Assembly (NCBI GenBank): GCA_036405495.1
Contig: DASWXL010000034.1
Location: forward strand, 1 to 50,861
Source of the DNA: Sphingobacteriaceae bacterium
Lineage (GTDB): Bacteria > Bacteroidota > Bacteroidia > Sphingobacteriales > Sphingobacteriaceae
Reading direction: 5' to 3'
DNA length: 50,861 nt
In this document: positions 45,229-50,861 of the stretch, one piece after another
How positions within the stretch are numbered: the first letter of the stretch is position 1
Layout of the letters: every line of letters starts with the position of its first letter
Notes under the pieces: generated by a model
What the model was told of the DNA's origin: nothing
The model's database searches: none
What the model saw: only the letters and a program-made list of their open reading frames with translations
Translations under genes and position numbers: made by a program

Positions 45229-46932
45229 TTAAATCGCCTGATTGAAAACAATTGTAAAGCGTGTTCCGCGGCCAACCTCACTGTCCACGTGAATACGGCC
45301 ATGATTGTTCTCTACAATTCTTTTAACGATATATAAGCCGATACCGGTACCCTCCACGTGGGTATGGAAACGCTTGAACATGGAAAATAGTTGCGGAAGT
45401 TTATTGGCGGGAATACCAAGTCCATTATCTGAAACGGAGAGCTCAATGCCATTTTCGACCTTATCGCTTCTAACATCGATCTCGAGCTTCCGGTCAAAAG
45501 ACCGGTATTTCAGCGCGTTCGACAGTAAGTTGTGCAAAATGCTCTGCAAATGGAGCCGGACCACATTCACCATCGCCGCATTTAGTTCGAACCGGATCTC
45601 CGCTTCGGCACGCGCAATATCCTGCTCCAGCGAGTTGATCACTTCTGTCAGCACCTCATGTATCAGGACATTTTCCTGCGCTTCGCCCATTGTTTTCTGC
45701 GACTTCAGTGCCTGGGTAAGATCAACAATAGTTGTTTTCAATCTGACTACGGACCGCTTTATCATGGAAAGCAACTGCCCTTCTTGTTCAGCTAAACGCT
45801 GTGCAAGCTTCTGCTCAAAAAGCCGGACAGAGGCGTCAAGGCTGGTTAACGGAGTTTTAAGATCGTGGCTTACGATGTGTACGATGTTGTCAAGATCTTC
45901 ATTACTCCGTATCAGCTCGAGATTTTTATGCGACAGCTCGTCGGTCGTGTCACTCAGTCGCCTGGTTAACTCTGACAGATCATCATTACTCACTTTTAAA
46001 TTCTCGGTAACGGCAATCAATTCCTCATTTCTGGCGACCAGTTCCGTGTTAGAAAGTTTAAGCTGTTCGTTAGTTTCGTGCAAACGTGAATCAAGTACAT
46101 TTAACCGTTGAACCACCAGGAAAGCAAGCGGAAGTGTGATCACCGACAAAATGATAACGAGCAGAATAATCGCCTCTGACGGATTAACACCTTCCATTCT
46201 AACGATATAAAGGAAGCTTCCGATGAACACAGGTGAAACCACAATCAGGTAAGTAAATGTAAGCCGCCCTACCATGCCGCCCAGGTAGCTGCTGGAAAGG
46301 ATGCGCATCCAACCAATATCGGCCCTATAGAACAGCAGACTCAACGATCCAAACAGAAAGCTTAAGGCTGTGTGGATCGCCATCCCCGAAATACGTTCAA
46401 CTGACTGACTGTCTCCGAAGATCTGGCCGAGGATAGCGCCGTAAATAAATATTAAGACGGCAATGGCTAAAACCCGGGCCGCATTAAACCATTCGAACGC
46501 AAACATTACGAGCGCCAGAGTCAGGACAGCACCGAAAACATTGGCGATCAGGCGGGCCGTGGATGGCGGACCTTCATTTCCGCCGGAGCTGTATTGCCGA
46601 AAAAAGTCATCGAGAAGATGTAAGGAGAATATATTTTCTATAACATTAGTAAAGCTGAGTACCAGAACCAGCACGGCGATCACACGGGAAAGAGACTTGT
46701 AATTATAATGAAATAATATCACTGCCGTACCACTTAATACAATGGAAAAGGCAGTATCCATTTTCATAACCGCACTATATGAAAAAAAACTCTTCAGCAG
46801 ATAAAGGTCAAACAGCCAACCGGCTAAGCCGATGCCTCCTAAAATAACTACAATGACCGCCGACCACAACGACCAGCGTTGCCATCGGCGAACTAATTGA
46901 ACATTTAATACTGGTGCCTCAGATGAGTTCAA
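45229..46932 (-). CDS. Membrane sensor histidine kinase (multi-TM sensor, coiled coil, HisKA, HATPase_c); no cognate regulator adjacent
   Basis: About 8 TM segments, H-box VSHDLKTPL, N-box LLSNALKY and G-boxes DNGLGI / GTGIGL. Confidence 0.85.
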   Translation of the reverse strand: MNSSEAPVLNVQLVRRWQRWSLWSAVIVVILGGIGLAGWLFDLYLLKSFFSYSAVMKMDTAFSIVLSGTAVILFHYNYKSLSRVIAVLVLVLSFTNVIENIFSLHLLDDFFRQYSSGGNEGPPSTARLIANVFGAVLTLALVMFAFEWFNAARVLAIAVLIFIYGAILGQIFGDSQSVERISGMAIHTALSFLFGSLSLLFYRADIGWMRILSSSYLGGMVGRLTFTYLIVVSPVFIGSFLYIVRMEGVNPSEAIILLVIILSVITLPLAFLVVQRLNVLDSRLHETNEQLKLSNTELVARNEELIAVTENLKVSNDDLSELTRRLSDTTDELSHKNLELIRSNEDLDNIVHIVSHDLKTPLTSLDASVRLFEQKLAQRLAEQEGQLLSMIKRSVVRLKTTIVDLTQALKSQKTMGEAQENVLIHEVLTEVINSLEQDIARAEAEIRFELNAAMVNVVRLHLQSILHNLLSNALKYRSFDRKLEIDVRSDKVENGIELSVSDNGLGIPANKLPQLFSMFKRFHTHVEGTGIGLYIVKRIVENNHGRIHVDSEVGRGTRFTIVFNQAI

Positions 46933-47060
46933 TCGCAGAAATTTTTCGGATATCCTAAATATTTATTAAATATTGAAAAACACAGACCGGTTCAAATAAA
47001 AAACTGACAGTTAATATACTAAAAAAGAATTAGTTTGTTCAAATTATTTCGAGAAGAATA

Positions 47061-47612
47061 TTATTTACTTTCAATAACCACCCTCCAGCTCGGCACGTGC
47101 GCTTCAACAACTTTGATCCGGGTAAAGTGAATGTCATTTTCATACTCATGCTCCACGCCGGTTGCTATTGATGTCAACAAGTTTTGAGGCGGGATAAGAT
47201 CCAGAATTGAAAAGGTTTTTAAGGCCAGCCGGGTAAATGTGTTAACGGCATTTAACTTTTCGGCATGATGGTAAATATTCAGAATGAGCTTCAGGTCCTG
47301 AGCATAAGTTTCAACCGACGATGAAATATAGCATGCAATATTATTTTGCAAAATATTTTTCTGTGGCTGATCTCCGAAATAATAATAATCAGAAAAACTG
47401 ATCCACCTGTAGCCGTCGAACCTCCACGGCCGGAAATTATGTATTTCGTTATCCGAGAGCTTCAATATTAAATTGTCGATATTCCGGAATAATTTAATTC
47501 TCGGCAGTGCTTCCATGCTAAATATCCAAAACAGGCCATCCCGGCCAATCAACGATCTTACATGTTCTCCATTCGCGATATCCCATAACATTCTCTTTAG
47601 CTTTCTCAACAT
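47061..47612 (-). CDS. Hypothetical protein (orphan, AT-rich)
   Basis: 183-aa ORF with no recognisable motif. It is flanked by AT-rich spacers. Confidence 0.45.
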   Translation of the reverse strand: MLRKLKRMLWDIANGEHVRSLIGRDGLFWIFSMEALPRIKLFRNIDNLILKLSDNEIHNFRPWRFDGYRWISFSDYYYFGDQPQKNILQNNIACYISSSVETYAQDLKLILNIYHHAEKLNAVNTFTRLALKTFSILDLIPPQNLLTSIATGVEHEYENDIHFTRIKVVEAHVPSWRVVIESK

Positions 47613-47692
47613 TTTATTTTACGTTCGGTTTGTAACCACTACTGCCGAAGTTTCGTAATACAGCTATATTGGTTTACAGGGAGTTAAGAAAA

Positions 47693-47920
47693 ATGGCAAT
47701 GGAAAACAAAAAACCAAAAAAAGCGATCCGTTTTGGCTTTATAAGCACGGACGGGTATTTCCAGGAAATAGACGCACTAAGCTCTTCAGATCTTGAATAC
47801 GTAAGCAAATCAATCGACGAACTGCGGCAGATGATGGCAGAAAACCTGGCGGCGGAGAATTATGAAAAGTGTGCCGGGCTTCGGGATGAGATAAAAAAGA
47901 GGGCTATCAGAAAAAATTAA
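47693..47920 (+). CDS. Small protein with a UVR (UvrB/UvrC-type) motif
   Basis: I prefer the ATG at 47693 over the TTG at 47669. The C-terminal ELRQMMAENLAAENYEKCAGLRDEIKK matches the UVR helical hairpin pattern. Confidence 0.45.
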   Translation: MAMENKKPKKAIRFGFISTDGYFQEIDALSSSDLEYVSKSIDELRQMMAENLAAENYEKCAGLRDEIKKRAIRKN

Positions 47921-48126
47921 AGAACCTTGTTCTCTACACTCTCAAACATCAGCATAAACAACTCCGCACGCACCTTATCCAGTTCCGCATTGATCTCATA
48001 AAGGTCCGCCTCCAGCAGCGGAAGATCTTCCCGGTCCAGGATCGTAGCCTCTGTTATTTCCAGCGACTTTTCCTTGCGTTCTATCAGAAGCTGGTTCTTT
48101 TTTCTAACTAACTCCTCTTGTGTCAT
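47917..48126 (-). CDS. Small hypothetical coiled-coil protein
   Basis: 69-aa charged helical ORF with a 4-nt convergent overlap with the UVR-motif ORF. It could be non-coding. Confidence 0.3.
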   Translation of the reverse strand: MTQEELVRKKNQLLIERKEKSLEITEATILDREDLPLLEADLYEINAELDKVRAELFMLMFESVENKVL

Positions 48127-48313
48127 CAGCCTGTTTGAATCAAAAATAGAATTTTTAGCCTATTACACACCTACATATCCGAAAAAAAGGCTTTGTTTTT
48201 TGATCAGCACAATCGTTGATTGTCGTCGAAATCACATTTTCAAAATAAATTATTGGCCTTCTGATTTTTACAACGGAATATCCGTACCTTGCAGCCTTTA
48301 AATATTTTTTATA

Positions 48314-48508
48314 ATGCAAAACGAAGGAACAGTTAAATTTTTCAATGTTACAAAAGGATTTGGTTTCATAATCCCTTCAACAGGTGAACCTGATATTTTT
48401 GTACATTCAACAGGCCTTATCGACGAGATTCGTGAAAATGATCGTGTGAAATACGATGTAGAGAAAGGCAAAAAAGGCCTGAACGCGGTAAATGTAGAAG
48501 TTATATAA
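48314..48508 (+). CDS. Cold-shock protein (CspA family, CSD)
   Basis: GTVKFFNVTKGFGFI (RNP1) and DIFVHST (RNP2). 64 aa. Confidence 0.95.
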   Translation: MQNEGTVKFFNVTKGFGFIIPSTGEPDIFVHSTGLIDEIRENDRVKYDVEKGKKGLNAVNVEVI

Positions 48509-48533
48509 TCATTATAATAAAGTCATTGATCGT

Positions 48534-48566
48534 AAGCATCCGCCAATAGCGGGTGCTTTTTTGTTT
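48534..48566 (+). terminator. Intrinsic terminator of the cold-shock gene
   Basis: AAGCATCCGC-CAATA-GCGGGTGCTT hairpin (one G-U pair) followed by a TTTTTTGTTT run. Confidence 0.65.
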
Positions 48567-49046
48567 CAGGTGTTACCCGTTTCATGTAATATATTGCTAA
48601 TGCGGAGCTGCAATGTATCGTAATCTGTATAGCCTTTAGCAGCCAGATAAAAGTTAAGTTCTCCTGTCTGGACTATTGCTGCCGGAAAACTTGTAATTTG
48701 TAGTTGTCTCGCCAGGGCAAAATCATAGTACGCCGCCTGTTTATACTCTCCTTCTTTAAGCTTATGAATCGCTTCATCAGGATCGTATCCGTGATTCACT
48801 GCAATATACCGGTACATCTCATCACGATTGGGATCTTTCCCTTCATTAATTGATGGCATCCTGGATTTCATCAGCAAACTGGATGGCTCTATGGGGATCG
48901 TACGACCCAGTATCATACCGCCCGCTCAGCACTTCATGATTGAGACGACCTGAAAACTCCTTTGTTATTGCCGATATTACGGGCGTGAACCCATAGCACC
49001 AACCGCACCAGGCATCATAAACATATATCAGCTTAGGCTTGAACAT
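48566..49046 (-). pseudogene. DsbA-family thioredoxin-fold protein interrupted by a frameshift
   Basis: The N-terminal ORF (49046..48846) has DAWCGWCYGF (CxxC). The C-terminal ORF (48916..48566) continues the family in another frame. The frames switch within the coding-strand sequence GCGGGCGGT (48917-48925): ...HEVLSG then GGMILGR... Confidence 0.7.
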
Positions 49047-49091
49047 GATCTTCGTTAATTTTAAGCGCCACTGGGCAGAACGGCCGGAATA

Positions 49092-50441
49092 TTATAATAA
49101 CAGCTGTGCGGCTAACCCCAGCAGTAAGAGGAAACCGAACACATCCGTGAAAGTGGTGATGATGATAGATGAGGCGATCGCCGGATCAATACCTACACGT
49201 TTAAGCAATAACGGTATCGATGCACCGGTAATTCCCGCGATGATCAGGTTTCCGGTCATGGCCAGGAAGATCACAAATCCGAGCATTGGATTGCTGTCAT
49301 ACATCAACGCAACTATCAGCACGATTATTCCGGTAGCAGCGCCATTGATCATTCCCACGGTAAATTCTTTTAAGACCGTACGATAAGCCTGTGCATCTGT
49401 GAGATCGCTCAGCGAAATACGACGGACGGTTACCGCCAATGCCTGCGTCGCAGCGTTTCCGCCCATTCCGGCAATGATGGTCATATATCCCGAAAGAATA
49501 ACCAAACGCGAGATGGTCGGCTCAAAGTACCGGATTACGGAGGCCGCCAGAAAAGCTGTCGCCAGGTTGATAATCAACCATGGCAGCCGGCTCTTCACCG
49601 CCTCTTTCCAGTTTCCCGATAGTTCTTCATCTTCCGAAACCCCGGAGATCTTAAGAATATCTTCCGTGTTCTCCTCCTCGAGTACGTCAATAACGTCATC
49701 GAAGGTTATACGGCCAAGCAAATGCATTTCATCATCCACTACAGGGATGCTGGTTAAGTTGTATTGGGAGATTAACCTGGCTACCTCTTCCTGATCTGTG
49801 TTCGCCTTAACGAACACAAAATCGGCATTAAGAAGATCGCTTATTTTGACATTGGACCTCGCTTTGATAACGTTCTTAAGGGAGACGGTACCCAACAGGT
49901 GGTTCTTGTCATCCACCACATTGATGGAATAGAACTCTTCCATCTCCTCCGACTGCCGGATGATCTCCTCAAGCGCATCTTTTTTTGTGAGTTTGCTGTT
50001 CACTTTCAACACCTGGGTGTTCATGATACCCCCGGCAGTGTCTTCAGCATATTTTAACAGCGACCGGATGGTGGAAGCATCCTTTTCATCGAGCGTCCTT
50101 AAGATTTCATGCTGCTGTTCTTCCGGCAGCTGGCCGATAATATCTGTAGCGTCGTCATAATCCAGTTCGTCGATAATTTCGGACCGCTTTTCCGGATGCA
50201 GGTTTTCCAGGATCTTTTCCGGATGTGCTTCGGCATCCATTTCTGATATCACTTCCGAAGCGATCTCTGCCGGCAGAATGTTAACGATGCGTTCTCTTGC
50301 CTCCTGTGGCAGGCTTTCTAAAAGGATAGCGATCTCGGAAGCATGATATTCCCCCAGTAATGCCACCAGCGCAGCATCATCCGTTTCAAGCGCCTGCCTG
50401 ATTCGTTGAACATCATGCTTATCCAGTTCAAATGATTGCAT
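49092..50441 (-). CDS. mgtE: Magnesium transporter MgtE
   Basis: MgtE N-domain, a CBS pair and a C-terminal 5-TM domain with GNAATQ and DVFGFLLLLGLA. Confidence 0.95.
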   Translation of the reverse strand: MQSFELDKHDVQRIRQALETDDAALVALLGEYHASEIAILLESLPQEARERIVNILPAEIASEVISEMDAEAHPEKILENLHPEKRSEIIDELDYDDATDIIGQLPEEQQHEILRTLDEKDASTIRSLLKYAEDTAGGIMNTQVLKVNSKLTKKDALEEIIRQSEEMEEFYSINVVDDKNHLLGTVSLKNVIKARSNVKISDLLNADFVFVKANTDQEEVARLISQYNLTSIPVVDDEMHLLGRITFDDVIDVLEEENTEDILKISGVSEDEELSGNWKEAVKSRLPWLIINLATAFLAASVIRYFEPTISRLVILSGYMTIIAGMGGNAATQALAVTVRRISLSDLTDAQAYRTVLKEFTVGMINGAATGIIVLIVALMYDSNPMLGFVIFLAMTGNLIIAGITGASIPLLLKRVGIDPAIASSIIITTFTDVFGFLLLLGLAAQLLL

Positions 50442-50496
50442 CCGAGCCTAAAATAAAATAAATGAATGGATTTATGCCGCCTGAGCGCCGGGCGTC

Positions 50497-50861
50497 TTAA
50501 AGATAATTAACACTCTGTGGACCATGATTAAACAACAGGTCGACAATACTTAGGTTTGGCAAAAACCCGCTACGATCATTAAATACCTGAAAATATTCTT
50601 TAGCTACATATCCTGTTTCCCGCCTGGGGTGGATATTTTCCCGAAAGTCTGTCAGTCCAGGATATTCTTTTTCATAGCTGCCGGTAAAGCGGGGATTCGC
50701 CTGAAGCTTCAGAAGTTTCAATACCAGCTGCAGCAGGTCGAGATTATAGTCGAACAGATACTTCCACTTTTTTTCATAAAACATGGAAAAGTCATCCTCA
50801 TAATATTCAAAATAGGCGGAACTGCGGTAACACGTCTGTAAACTCATCCAGTGCAGGCGCT
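50497..50861 (-). CDS. WbqC-family protein, C-terminal part; 5' end lies outside the window
   Basis: The frame is open to the window edge. SSAYFEYYEDDF..FYEKKWKYLFDYNLDLL and GFLPNLSIVDLLFNHGP resemble the WbqC-like family C-terminus. Confidence 0.65.
   Translation of the reverse strand, partial: RLHWMSLQTCYRSSAYFEYYEDDFSMFYEKKWKYLFDYNLDLLQLVLKLLKLQANPRFTGSYEKEYPGLTDFRENIHPRRETGYVAKEYFQVFNDRSGFLPNLSIVDLLFNHGPQSVNYL

Noticed and set aside
48127-48313. 187-nt region upstream of the cold-shock gene as a structured 5' UTR/cold-box
   Set aside because: This is plausible from general knowledge of csp genes. However, I could not identify an exact promoter box or a convincing conserved structure by eye, so no feature is claimed.
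1-50861. Searched by eye for rRNA, tRNA, CRISPR arrays, IS elements/transposases, integrases, and prophage or conjugation genes
   Set aside because: No ORF has transposase or integrase motifs. No spacer-repeat periodicity was seen, and no cloverleaf-like or rRNA-like segments appear in the few ORF-free stretches (all under 300 nt). A covariance-model scan (tRNAscan/Infernal) is still needed for certainty.

Overview
This is a chromosomal segment that looks like Bacteroidota, probably Sphingobacteriia or Chitinophagia. Supporting signs are exact TAnnTTTG -7 promoter boxes, little or no Shine-Dalgarno signal, many lipoproteins, and LytTR/His_kinase signalling pairs. Spot GC counts on 60-nt lines run about 45-57% in housekeeping genes. 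The first ~22.6 kb is a Wzx/Wzy-dependent polysaccharide (EPS/O-antigen-like) locus. It begins with the 3' end of a Wzc-type tyrosine autokinase. An ~17 kb tightly packed plus-strand gene train follows: two FdtA-like 3,4-ketoisomerases, ACP, an AsnB-type amidotransferase, a NadE-type PP-loop enzyme, an adenylate-forming ligase, two LbH acyltransferases, a DegT aminotransferase, Wzx, a Wzy-like polymerase, GT2/GT4/GT14 glycosyltransferases, a NodB deacetylase and a formyltransferase-like protein. Two minus-strand paralogous lyase-like lipoproteins come next, one carrying a duplicated malectin module, followed by a WbaP-type initiating transferase. The remainder is mostly housekeeping or accessory singletons. 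These include MBL hydrolases, a CPA2 antiporter with two RCK_C domains, MlaEFD, a LytTR response regulator with one intact and one degenerate LytS-type kinase, pterin dehydratase, an esterase, a FUSC transporter, an HDAC-like enzyme, kynureninase, an orphan histidine kinase, a cold-shock protein, a frameshifted DsbA-like gene, MgtE and a partial WbqC gene. The two best candidates for something undescribed are (i) the ACP/ligase/AsnB/NadE cassette wired into a 3-amino-3,6-dideoxyhexose pathway, and (ii) a compact minus-strand FRG-domain + DUF2130 (coiled-coil plus PD-(D/E)xK-like) gene pair at 38.3-40.3 kb. I found no rRNA, tRNA, CRISPR array, transposase or integrase. All functional calls rest on motif recognition by eye, because no database search was possible.
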